From contig MU058456.1 of assembly GCA_013265495.1 (NCBI GenBank), forward strand, positions 62,001 to 126,000: a DNA stretch of 64,000 nucleotides, written 5' to 3'. Below, piece by piece: positions 51,907 to 62,779 of the stretch. The position numbers were made by a program, and so were the translations under genes. Each line of letters starts with the position of its first letter. The first letter of the stretch is position 1. The notes under the pieces were generated by a model. It saw only the letters and a program-made list of their open reading frames with translations. It had not been told where the DNA came from and searched no databases. The stretch is from Vicugna vicugna. Taxonomy: Eukaryota.

Positions 51907-54178
51907 CAGGCATACCTCATTTTATTTCACTTCATAGATACTGCATTTTTTACAATTGAAGGTTTATGGCAACTCTGCATCAATCAAGACTATTGGTACC
52001 ATTTTCCCAACAGCATTTGCTCACTTCATGTCTCTGTGTCACATTTTGGTAATTCTTACAATATTTCAAACTCTTTCATTATTATTATATCTATTTTGGT
52101 GATCTGTGATCAGTGATCTTTAATGGCTACTATTGTAATTGTTCTGGGCCACCACAAACTGTGCCCATAAAAGACAGTTAACTTAATTGATAAGTGTTTT
52201 GTGTATTCTGATTGCTCCATAGGCTGGCTTTTCCCCCATCTCTCCCCCTTTCCTCAGGTCTCCCTATTCTCTGAAACACGGCAGTGTCAAAATTAGGCCA
52301 AGTAATGACCCTCCAGTGGCCTAAGTGTCCAAACGAGAGGAAGAGTTGCCCATCTCTCACTTTAAATCAAAAGTTAGAAATAATTAAGCTTGGTGAGACA
52401 GGCATGTTCAAAGCTGAGACAGGCTTCTTGCATCAAACAGCCAAGTTGTGAATGCAAAGCAACAGTTATTGAAGGATATCAGAAGTGCCATTCCAGTGAA
52501 TACGCAAATGATAAGAAAGTGAAACAGCCTTGATGATATGGGAAAAGTTTCAGTTATCTGGATAGATCAAATCATCATAACACTCTGTTAAGTCAAAGCC
52601 TAATCCATAGCAAGGTCGTAACGCTCTCCACTTCTGTGAAGGTTGAGAGAGGTGAAGAAGTTGTTGAAGAAAAGTATGAAGCTAGCAGAGGTTGGTTCAC
52701 GGGGTTTATGAGGAAAGAAGCTGTCTCCAGAACATAAAAGTACAAGATGAAGCAACAAGTGCTGATGTAGAAGCTGCAGCACGTTATCCAGAAGCTGTAG
52801 CGAAGGTAATTCATGAAGGTGGCTACACTAAACAACAGATTTTCAATGCAGATGAAATAGCCTTATTTCATTGAAAGAAGATGCTACCTAGGACTTGCAT
52901 AGCTAGAGAGAAGTCAATGCCCAACTTCAAAGCTTAAGGACAGGCTGACTCTCTTGTAAGGGGCTAATGCTAAGGTGAAGCCAGTGCTCATTTGCCGTCT
53001 AAAAATTCTAAGGCCATTAAAAATTTTGCTAGATCAGTTCTGCCTTGCTCTCTAAATGGAGCAATGCCAACAGCACATTTGCTGATAATGTGGTTTACTG
53101 AATATTTTAAGCCCACCATTGAGAACTACTGCTCAAAAAAAAAGATTCCTTTTCAAAATATGACTGCTCATTGCCAATGAACTTGGTTACCCATGAGCTC
53201 TGATGGAATTGTACAATGAGATTAATGTTGTTTCATTCCTACTAACATAACATCTATTCTGCAGCCCAAGGATCAAGGGGTATTTCAACTTTCAAGTCTT
53301 ATTATTTAAGAAATACATTTTGTAAGATTATAGATGACATAGATGGTGATTTCTCTGGTGGATCTGGGAAAAGTCAACTGAAAATCTTCTAGAAAAATTC
53401 ACTGTTCTAGATGCCATTGAGAAATGTATGATTCACGGGAAGAGGTCAAAATATCATGATTAACAGAAGTTTGGAAGAAGTTGATTCTAACCCTCATCGA
53501 TGACTTTGAGGGTTTCAAGACTTCAGTGATAGAAGTAACTGTAGATGTGGTGGAGATAACAAGAGAACTAGAATTAGAAGTGGAGCCAGAAGATGTGACT
53601 AAATTGCTGCAATCTCATGACAGAACTTTAATGAATGAGGAGTTCTTATAGATGAGCAAAGAAAGTGGCTTCTTGAGATGGAAACTACTCCTGTGTGCAG
53701 ATTACTGAAATGACAACAAAGGATTTGGACTATTACATAAACTCAGTTGATAAAGCAGCAGCAGGGTTCGATAGGATTGGCTCCAACTTTGAAAGAAGTT
53801 CTACTGTGGGTAAAATGCTACCCAACAGCATTGCATGCTACACAGAAATCATTCATGAAAGAGTCAATTGATGTGGCAAACCTCACTGTTATTTTAAGAA
53901 ATTGCCACAGCCACCCTAACCCCAAGCAATAATCACCCTGATTAATCAGCAACCATCAACATTGAGGCAAGACGCTCCACCAACAAAAAGATTATAACTC
54001 ACTGAGGGCTCAGATGATGGTATAGTGTTATTGCACACTTGACAGACTGTAGTGTAATATAAACATAACTTTTATATGGACTGGGAAACCAAAAAATTAA
54101 TATGACTAGCTTTCTTGCGATATTTGTTTTATTGCAGTTGTCTGGCACTGAACCCATAATGTCTCAAGTGTATGCCTG
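51907..54178 (+). mobile_element. Near full-length Tigger1 (TcMar/pogo) DNA transposon with decayed transposase
   Basis: TIRs CAGGCATAC...GTATGCCTG flanked by TA at 51905-51906 and 54179-54180; remnant [42 protein letters not shown] matches Tigger1 transposase. Confidence 0.95.
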
Positions 54179-54634
54179 TACAACACATAAGTAAAGGTAA
54201 GCAGATGGTCAGATTCAGAATCCGCTAATGGTGCAATATGGTCATATGTTAACTACTTAACTCTAGTATAAAGGTTAAAGAACAAAAGCCTTGAAAATGG
54301 TTACAACTATAAGAATTTGTTAATGGTTATACTATATAAATAGTAGTAAACTGTGATTCAAAACCATTAAAGTGGGACAGTTAAAGAGTAGAGTTTTGTA
54401 TTCTATCAAAGTTAAGCTGTCAGAGTAAAATAAAATAGTATATCAAAAGATGGTTTACATAAGCCTCACAGTGATGCAAATACTACAGTATTCACAAATA
54501 TAAAGAGAAGAGAATCAAAGCGTATCACTTGAAAATAATCAATTTAGAAAGGAAGGCAGTGAGAGAGGAAGAAAGGAATCAGGGAATTACAAACCAGTCC
54601 GAAAACAATAAGGTGGCATTAAGAAGTCCTTACC

Positions 54635-54765
54635 AGGTGGAGGGTATAGCTCTGTGGTAGAGTGTGTACCTAGCATGCACGAGGTCCTAGGTTCAATCCC
54701 CAGTACCGCCATTAAAACAAACAAACAAACAAACCTAATTACCTCCTCCCTCCAAAAAATTTTTA
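54635..54765 (+). mobile_element. Vic-1-like SINE inserted at the start of L1 ORF2
   Basis: Perfect 15-bp TSD TAAGAAGTCCTTACC (54620-54634, 54766-54780); A and B boxes. Confidence 0.93.
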
Positions 54766-56464
54766 TAAGAAGTCCTTACCTGTCAAGAATTACCTTAAAT
54801 GAAAATGGTTTGAATTCTCCAATCCAAAGACATTGAGTGGTTGAATGGGTGAGAAAACACGATCCAACTATACACAAGAGGCTCATTTCAGCTTTAAAGA
54901 TACACATAGGCTCAAAGTGAAGGGTTGGAAAATGAGATTCCATGCAAGTGGGAACTAAAAGAGAGCAAAAGTAGCTATACGTATATCATTCAAAATAGAC
55001 ATTAAGCCAAAAATGGTAACAAGAGCAAAGAAGGTCATTATATAATAAGGGAGTAAATTCATCAAGAAGATGTAACATCATAGATACATATGCACCAACG
55101 ACAGAGCACCTAAATATATAAAACAAATACTAACAAATTTGAAGGGAGAAATAGACCATAAACAATAACAGTAAGGGGCTTCAATAACCTACTTATAACA
55201 ATGGATAGATCATCCAGATAGAAAATCAACAAAGAAGCATTAAACTCGAACTATACTTGAGAGAGAGTGGACCTAGCAGATGCATAAAGAACATACCATT
55301 GTACAGCAGCAGAATACATTCTTCTCAAGTGCACATGAAACATTTTCCAGGATGATCATATGACAGGTCCCAAAATACTTCTTAGCAAATTTAATGTTGA
55401 AATCATACCAAATGTCTTTTCTGACCACAAAGTTCTGAAGCTAAAAGTCAGTAACAGGAGGAAACCTGGGAAACTCACAAATGTGTGGATATTAAATAAC
55501 ACACACCTGAACAACTAATGAGACAGGAAGAAATCAAAAGGGAAATTAAAAAAAAGAACTAAAAACAACATACAAAGCCTATGGGATACAGCAAAAGCAG
55601 TTCCAAGAGTGAAGTTTATAGTGATAAATACTACATGAAGAAAAAATAAAAATGTCAGATAAGCAGCCCAACGTTACACCTAAGGGGATTAAACAAAGAA
55701 CAAACTAAGCTAAGGTTAGCAGAAAGAAGGAAATAACATAGGTCTGAGCAGAAATAAGTGAAATAGAGACCAGAAAAACAACAGAAAAAAATCATGGAAA
55801 CCAGGGGCTGTTTTCTCCCAAAGTGTAAACATATGGAAGGACCTTGAGGGCATTGTGCTAAGGGAACCCTTGTGTACTGTCGATGGTAATGTAAATTGGC
55901 ACAACCACTATAGAAAATAGTATGGAACCTGCTTAAGAAGTTAAAAATAGAACTACCCTATGATCCAGCAATCCCACTTCTGAGTATATACCAAAAAGAA
56001 ATGAAATCAGGATCTTGAACAGTATCTGCACTCCCATGTTCACTGCAGGATTATTCACAATAGGCAAGTTATGGAAATAACCTGTGTCTCTTAATGGATG
56101 AAGGATAAAGACGTGAGATGCGTGTGTGTATGTGTGTGCTATATACATAAATTCAGCCATGAGAAAGAAGGAAAGCTTGCCATTTGTGACAATATGGGTG
56201 AAACTTGAGGGCATTGTGCTGAGAGAAATAAGTCAAAGACAAATACTCTATGATATCACTTACATACATGTGGAATCTAAAAGGCTGAACACAGAAACAA
56301 AGTAGAATGGTGATTACTGGGGGCTGAGGGGATGGGGGAAACAGAGAGATGTTGGTGAAAGGGTACAGACTTCCAGTTATAAGACGAATAAGTTGTGGGG
56401 ATCTAATGTACTGCATGGTGATTATAATTAACAAAACTGTATTATATACTTGAAAGTTGCCAAG

Positions 56465-56690
56465 TTTTTTTTGTATTCTAAGTTCAAATATATTTTTAAT
56501 AATATAAAAAGTAATCTTTGAAAATCAGAATACTTATTAGGAAAGAACACAAGAACTTAAGTATTAAATATCTGTATGAAATAACTGTTGCAGAATGTGA
56601 CGAAAGTTTACACTTAGAACATGGGGTTATTTTAAAAAACAGAAACAAACAAAAAGAACAACACAAACAGAAAAAAAAAACACATAATAA
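56465..56690 (-). pseudogene. Probable retrocopied mRNA 3'-end fragment inserted in the L1 3' UTR (parent gene not identified)
   Basis: Interrupts L1 at gttgccaag|...|ggagtaaatcttaaa; on the minus strand ATTAAA (56495-56500) lies 22 nt before an A8 tail (56465-56472). Confidence 0.6.
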
Positions 56691-57358
56691 AGGGAGTAAA
56701 TCTTAAACGTTCTCACCACAAAACGGAATGGTAATTATGTGATGTTATGGAGGTGTTAGCTAACACTATGGGTGATAATCATTTTGCAATATATGTGTAT
56801 CAAATTAACACCTGGTACACTTTAAATGTACACAATGTTTTATGTCAACTATATCTCAATAAAGCTGGAAAAAATAAAAGCACATGTTGTGTATAATTCA
56901 AAACCAAATATGGTATTTAAGGCAGTTCTTTTGAGAAGGACTGAAATATTTCTATAAATATGGTTTCAAATTTACTGTGCAAGAAAGATATTTTCCATAC
57001 AAAATGGTTTCTCTTCATTTCTCCAATGTTCTTACCTTTATTTCTAAGTTAATAAATATATTCATTTTTGAATTTAACTTGATCATCTTGAATGTTTGCA
57101 CAACCACCCTCTGTGACTCATAAGGTCATATTACTATGGTCTAATTATAAGCCTGAGGAGGCTCTGCCATATGTCATTGGAAAGTTGTTTTTCCCTAGAT
57201 TTTCACCAGTTCCTATCTGACCTGATTGTTTGTAGTAAACCTGTTCCTGAGGTTGTTTCTAAATTGAAGAAAAAGTAATTTAGTTTGACTTAATTGTGCT
57301 TCATAAGATTCTAGAACACAGCTCAATACTAAACTGAATTAAGAAGTCTCAGGTTGGA

Positions 57359-57471
57359 GCTAGACAAATAGCTCAGTGGTAAAGCACATGCTTAACACGC
57401 ATGAGATCCTGGGTTCAACCCCCAGGATCTCCATTAGAAAAATAAAATAGGTAAATTTAAAAAAAGAAGAA
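57359..57471 (+). mobile_element. Vic-1-like SINE, short variant
   Basis: 18-bp TSD AAGAA(G/A)TCTCAGGTTGGA at 57341-57358 and 57472-57489; A and B boxes. Confidence 0.9.
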
Positions 57472-57909
57472 AAGAAATCTCAGGTTGGATACGTGTATGT
57501 TAAATCAAAATGCGGCCCTGTTCCATCTCTGACAGCGATCAGCATGAGTGCATGAGGGCCATGACCGTCACACCTGTCTACAGTACAAGCACTCTTATTT
57601 TCATTTTTATATTGTCGATTTAATAATCCAATAATGAGTGAAAAAGCATTTCTGCATTTCTTTACTTTTGTTCACTTTGATAGATGATTTTTCAAGTGTA
57701 ATAAATTTCTTGTTAGCAAAATATCTTTAGACAATCTCACTGAACTAATAAATGGTGAGTCCCTTAAGATCAGACTTACTCCTTTTTTGTGTGTTGCTGA
57801 CACCAAGCATGCTAGTAGTGTCCTATATGAAAGGATGAGATAATACTGCTAAATTGAACTGTGTCTTTGAGGAAGGATTGTCTCCTTGAAAGTATTTTAT
57901 TGCTTAGGC

Positions 57910-58279
57910 CAGCACTGTCCGGTAGGACTTACTGAAGTGACGGACATGTTTTACAGCTATGCTGTGCAATATGGTGGCCAGTAGCCACAAGTTGCTATTG
58001 AACATTGAAATATGGCTAGGATAAGTGATGAGCTGAATTTTTATTGTATTTAATTTTAGTTTACTTAAATTTAGTTTGATTTGGGGGGGCAGGTAATTAG
58101 GTTTGTTTATTTACTTATTTATTTATTGAACGGAGGTACTAGGGATTGAACCCAGGGCCTCATGCATGCTAAGAATGCACTCTACCATCAAGCTATACCC
58201 TCCCACTGGGTACGCTCCCCGCCTCATATAAATTTAAATAGCTACATGTGGCTAGTGGTAACTGTATTGGATAGCACAG
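57910..58279 (+). mobile_element. MER3-like MITE, split by a SINE
   Basis: cagcactgtcc...tagccacaagttgctattg...tagctacatgtggctagtggta...gatagcacag. Confidence 0.8.
58075..58225 (-). mobile_element. Vic-1-like SINE, antisense, inside MER3
   Basis: ggggggcaggtaattaggtttgtttattt...gggattgaacccaggg...agctataccctccc. Confidence 0.9.
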
Positions 58280-58434
58280 GTCTAGATGCACAAAAACTTA
58301 CTTGTGCTGAGGAACAGCAGTGTCCTTTCAAATGCTGAGCCAGACTGGCCAAGTTCCTTGGGTTCCTATCGCTCCATTTTTGAAACAGATGCTGGGGATT
58401 TAGCTTGTTTTCCTCTCCTATTTAAATTGGTCTC

Positions 58435-58735
58435 TACCCAATTCATCCATTCAATCAATAAATATTTATTTATCATTAATTATGTGCTCTGCACTCTGCT
58501 AGATGCTAAGGGGTTAAAAATGAGCAAGATAGGTCCCTGCCCACAAGCAACTTACAGTCTAGTAGGGGAGGAAAAGCTAGAAAATCAATCAATGTGATAG
58601 AGGTAGCACAGGGCCCAGTGGGACCACAAAGGAAGGGCTTGTGGATGATCCCCGGAGGAGATAGGAAAGGCTTCACAGAGGGTGCTGTCAGCCATGAAAA
58701 GTGAGCAGGCATTTCCAGGTGAGCAAATGAAGGAG
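58435..58735 (-). mobile_element. L2 3' end
   Basis: attcatccattcaatcaataaatatttatt...tatgtgctctgcactctgctagatgct. Confidence 0.75.
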
Positions 58736-58741
58736 GGCATT

Positions 58742-59650
58742 TATTACGGGCTAAATTATCTGCCTGCTAAATTCATATGTTGGAGTCCTAACCTAGTACC
58801 TCAGAATGTGACCTTATTTGGAAATAGGGTCACTGTAGATGTGATTAAGATGAGGTTATACTGGAGGATGGGCCCCTGTTCCAATATGACTCGTATTCTC
58901 ATAAAAAGGAAAGATTTGGGCATGCACACACAGGAATACAATTCGAATAAATATTCGAGTTATGCTGCCAAAAGCTGAGGACCTACCAGAATCTAGAAGT
59001 GAGACCTGGAACAGATCCTTCCCTAGTGCCTTCAGAGGGAGTTTGGCCCTTCTATCACCTTAATCTTGGATTTCTAACTTCTAGAACTGTGAGATGATAC
59101 ATTTTTGTTGTTTAAGCCATCTAGTTTGTGGTATAGTAGTTCCCCCTCATCCATGGGGTATATGGTCCAAGGCCTCTAGGGGACACCTGAAACCAAGGAC
59201 AGTACTGAACCCTACCTGTACTGCGTCTTCCCCCTGTACATACCTTTGATTAAGTTTAATTTACAATTAGGCATAATAGGAGAATATGCAAATTGCCAGC
59301 ATCACTACTCTTGCACTTTGGGGCTATTATTAATTAAAATAAATGTTACTTGAACACAAGCACTGCAAAACTGTGATAGTTGATCTGATAACCGAGGTGG
59401 TTCCTAAGTGACTAATTGAGTGGGATACGCTGGACGAAGGGCTGATTCACATCCTGGGCGGGATGAAGCAGGATGGTGTGAAATTCCATTATGTTACTCA
59501 GAACAGTGTGTAACTTAAAACTCATTAGTTGTTCATTTCTGGAATTTTCCATTTAATAGTTTCAGACCACAGTTGACAGAGGGTCACTGAAACTGTGGAA
59601 AGCGAAATCACAGGTAAGGGGGCACTTCTGTGCCCTATCAAACTAACGCA
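58742..59650 (+). mobile_element. MLT1 (MaLR) solo LTR, interrupted near its 3' end
   Basis: attcatatgttggagtcctaacc...tcagaatgtgaccttatttggaaataggg...ttgttgtttaagccatctagtttgtggta; terminal gccctatcaaactaacgca after the insertion. Confidence 0.85.
59134..59630 (-). mobile_element. MER44/Tigger7-like non-autonomous element nested in MLT1
   Basis: Degenerate TIRs tagtagttccccctcatcc ... ggtaagggggcacttctg, preceded by TA. Confidence 0.75.
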
Positions 59651-59904
59651 GCATTTCTGATCAAGGAAGCAGTAACGTGAAAGCAAGGCAAATAGGCTGT
59701 GGAGGATATTATTAAATTTCTGTTTTGTGATTACCTAACCTAGGAATTTTAAAGGAAAAAAAATAAAGCAAGCTGCAGCCTGAGTACAATTTCTTTTATA
59801 AATGTTTTTCTGCTCTTGGGGGAAAAAAAGCTAAGGCTGTAATAATGTTTGGGGGTGAAACTGGGAGTGTTTCTGCTATAGTGTATCATGAATCAAAAAA
59901 TAAA

Positions 59905-60480
59905 TGTTTAATAGGACAAGACACTGTAAACCTCCTAGAAGAAAACATAGGCAAACATTTTCTGACATAAATCTTAGCAATGTTCTCCTAGGGCAGTCTA
60001 CTCAGGCACTAGAAATAAAAGCCAAAGAAAACAAATGGGACCTAATCAAATTTAAAAGCTTTTGCACAGCAAAGGAAATCATAAGCAAAACAAAAAGACA
60101 ACCTAATGAGAGAAAATATTTTCCAATGATGTGACTGACAAGAGTTTAATTTCCAGAATATTTAAACAGCTCATACAACTTAGTAACAAACAAATGACCC
60201 AATCCAAAAATGGGCAGAAAATCTAAACAAGCAGTTCTCCAATGAAGACTTACAAATGGCCAACAGGCACATGAAAAAATGCTCAGTATGCCTAATTATC
60301 AGAGAAATGCAAATCAAAACTACAATGAGGTATCACCTCACACCAGTCAGAATGGCCCCCCTCATTCAAAACTTCACAAATGATAAATGCTAGAGAGGCT
60401 GTGGAGAAAAGGGAACCCTCCTACGCTGTTGGGGGGAATGTAGTTTGGTGCAGCCATTCATTGTGAAAAACATTATGGAG
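59905..60480 (+). mobile_element. L1 ORF2 3' fragment, relatively young
   Basis: Remnant LEIKAKENKWDLIKFKSFCTAKEII. Confidence 0.92.
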
Positions 60481-61967
60481 AGTTGATTTACCTTATTGGT
60501 AACACTCGTGAGAGGATCTACGAATGTCTGCTGCTAAAGTTCTGAGCGCTGCCCTGGTTACTTTCCTTCCTAAAATTTTTTTCTGCTGTTCTTCCTGCAA
60601 CTCCATTAAATACCTTGGTCATCTTCTCACATATTTTCTGTTTTATTTAGAGTAGCCAAAGTCTGTTCTAAATATGCCATAGTTATATCCCTTCTCAAGA
60701 TTTGGTTGTACAATTATTTCTTTCACTTCATCACTACCTACACTTTTCTCTCTGGTTAAGCCAGCTAGAATAATTTTTTAGTAATAAAAAAAATTATGCC
60801 AATGATAGGGTTCCAGAGCTAGCCCACTAGAGACATCATGAACTGAGAGTTCTGGATACTGAAAGAAGAGGATCATGTGGTTTAGCACAGGAAAAGACTA
60901 AGAGACTCTGCTTCATTTCTGGAAGAGTCCTATTTCAAAACATCCCATGCATGCACCCAATACACACACACGTGCACTCATGCATGCACGCACAGTCCTC
61001 ACTCCTTTCCTGACTCTTTCTCATGCAACCTATCAACCTGTCTTCCAGTGGTTTCTTGCTGTCTTAGGACTACAATCTGCACTCCTCCTTCAAAGATAGA
61101 GCTACTTATAGATTCTTCCTTACCTGAAATTACTTCTAAATTGTCAAAATTACTGTGCCGTCAAAATTTCCTGTAAAATTCCATAGAGTAGGTTTGCTGC
61201 AGCTCTTACGTGTCCCAAAAGCGAAACAAGATGACTGAACAAAGGCACAAGGCCTATTCTTGTAAGTATGGTCCACACTGTACTTGCTTTGCATTCCTAC
61301 GGCCACACTTCACAGCTCAACATTCTCTTCCTGTCACTGTGCTCTCTGGAACTGCTCTCTCCAAATTCACCTCTGGCCTCTAAATTCCAACCACGCATAA
61401 ACTTTTAATATATTTCTTTCTCTCTTTTTTTGTTGTTAATTTGTTTGCAAGAATGTATCTGTTCTTGTTTTCGGTTTCTGGTTTGCTCTTGTGGGCCTGG
61501 GCTAATTGGGAGGAGCCCTTTTTTCCTGCACTGCAACTTTGTCACTGCTTGTCTTATTGTTTTAGAAGATGTTGGGGCAGATGAGACCAAAAAGCCTCGT
61601 GATAAAGAAATGTCTGCAAATTGGGGCCATGAAAATGATTATGATTATAGAAGTCGGACACAATATAATGCCATGGAGGCTGGAATTCTAAAATACATCT
61701 CAGAGGGCCAGGGGGAGCAGTCTGATATTGGTCAGAGTAATGGAGTGAGGACAGGCCAAAGTGTAGGAAATTTTACTGAGAGACTCACTGAGGAAATCAG
61801 TGGAGGTGATAATGAAACTGTGACCTTTGCTTCTCTAAACTGGTTCATGGAGCTTTTGTCTCAGTAGTTACATTATATCTACCAATGGGCACATTTTATT
61901 CCTGATTTTGTCATTTTTGCAGAATTTGACACTTTGATCATTCTTTCCTCCCTACTCTTCATTTTTT

Positions 61968-62132
61968 GGGTCACCAGCAGCAGCATCACCTCGAAACTTG
62001 TTAGAAATTTATATTTTCAGGCTTCCCCTCCAGATCTACTGAATCAGAAGCCCTGGGGATGGAGCCAGCACTCTTGTTTTAACATTCCCTCTAGGTGATT
62101 TTGATGCACATGAAAGTCTGAGGACCAATGTT
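61968..62132 (+). mobile_element. MER5A-like MITE
   Basis: accagcagcagcatcacctcgaaacttgttagaaat...tctactgaatcagaa...aggtgattttgatgcacatgaaagtctgag. Confidence 0.8.
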
Positions 62133-62779
62133 CTGAGTAGTAGGTAATCCTAGGGATTGGTGGTTTAGCTTGAGGAGGACCAGAAAGCACCTGTCATTAT
62201 ATCTAAAACCAAGTGTATGTTCATATATATTTTTCTGAGTGGATAGCTTTTATTCCTTTTATTCTTAAACAGGTTCCATGACTCCAAATTTGGGACTGTT
62301 TCTTGCTTTCCATTACTACCACTACTTACCCTTTGATCCAGTCCCTTTGCCTCTATCTCCCCGTGGCAGTGATAATGATCATTCTAGGAATCTGACATAA
62401 TCCCTCTCCTGCTCAAATGTCTTCAGTGGCTCCCAACAGCTTGTGTTAAAGTAACCTCTTAGCAGGACAAATAGCTCCTTCCATCAAGGATTATTCTTTC
62501 TTGTGTCTCTCTAATCATTTTCAGCCTTTGGTCTATCAGTAATAAATGTTGAATATTCTGGACCACACTTTGGCCCTCATACGTCCCTGCCTTTGTGTAT
62601 TCTTCATACTCAGTCTGGAATGCCCTTCACTGTTCCTCCCTCCCTCCCTGCCTGGCTAATTCCTATTTGTTCAAGATTCAGGGCAAGCAACATCTCTTCT
62701 GGGAAGTGTTCCATTGGCACTAAGTTTAAGTGGCCCTCCTGTAAGCTCCCAATTCTCCCGGTGCTTATTCCTCTAAAAT

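Larger units (their letters stand above)
49400..56880 (+). mobile_element. L1MA9-like LINE: GC-rich 5' UTR (~49400-50900), decayed ORF1 (~50950-51870), ORF2 endonuclease (~54610-55810), large internal deletion, 3' UTR and polyA signal
   Basis: ORF2 start remnant SPYLSRITLNENGLNSPIQRH; 3' end tgtcaactatatctcaataaagctggaaaaaa; several nested insertions. Confidence 0.88.

Noticed and set aside
52400..53800. Tigger1 transposase as a domesticated TIGD-type gene
   Set aside because: Fragmented by stops and frameshifts into ~60-aa pieces, with TIRs still flanking; a neutral fossil.
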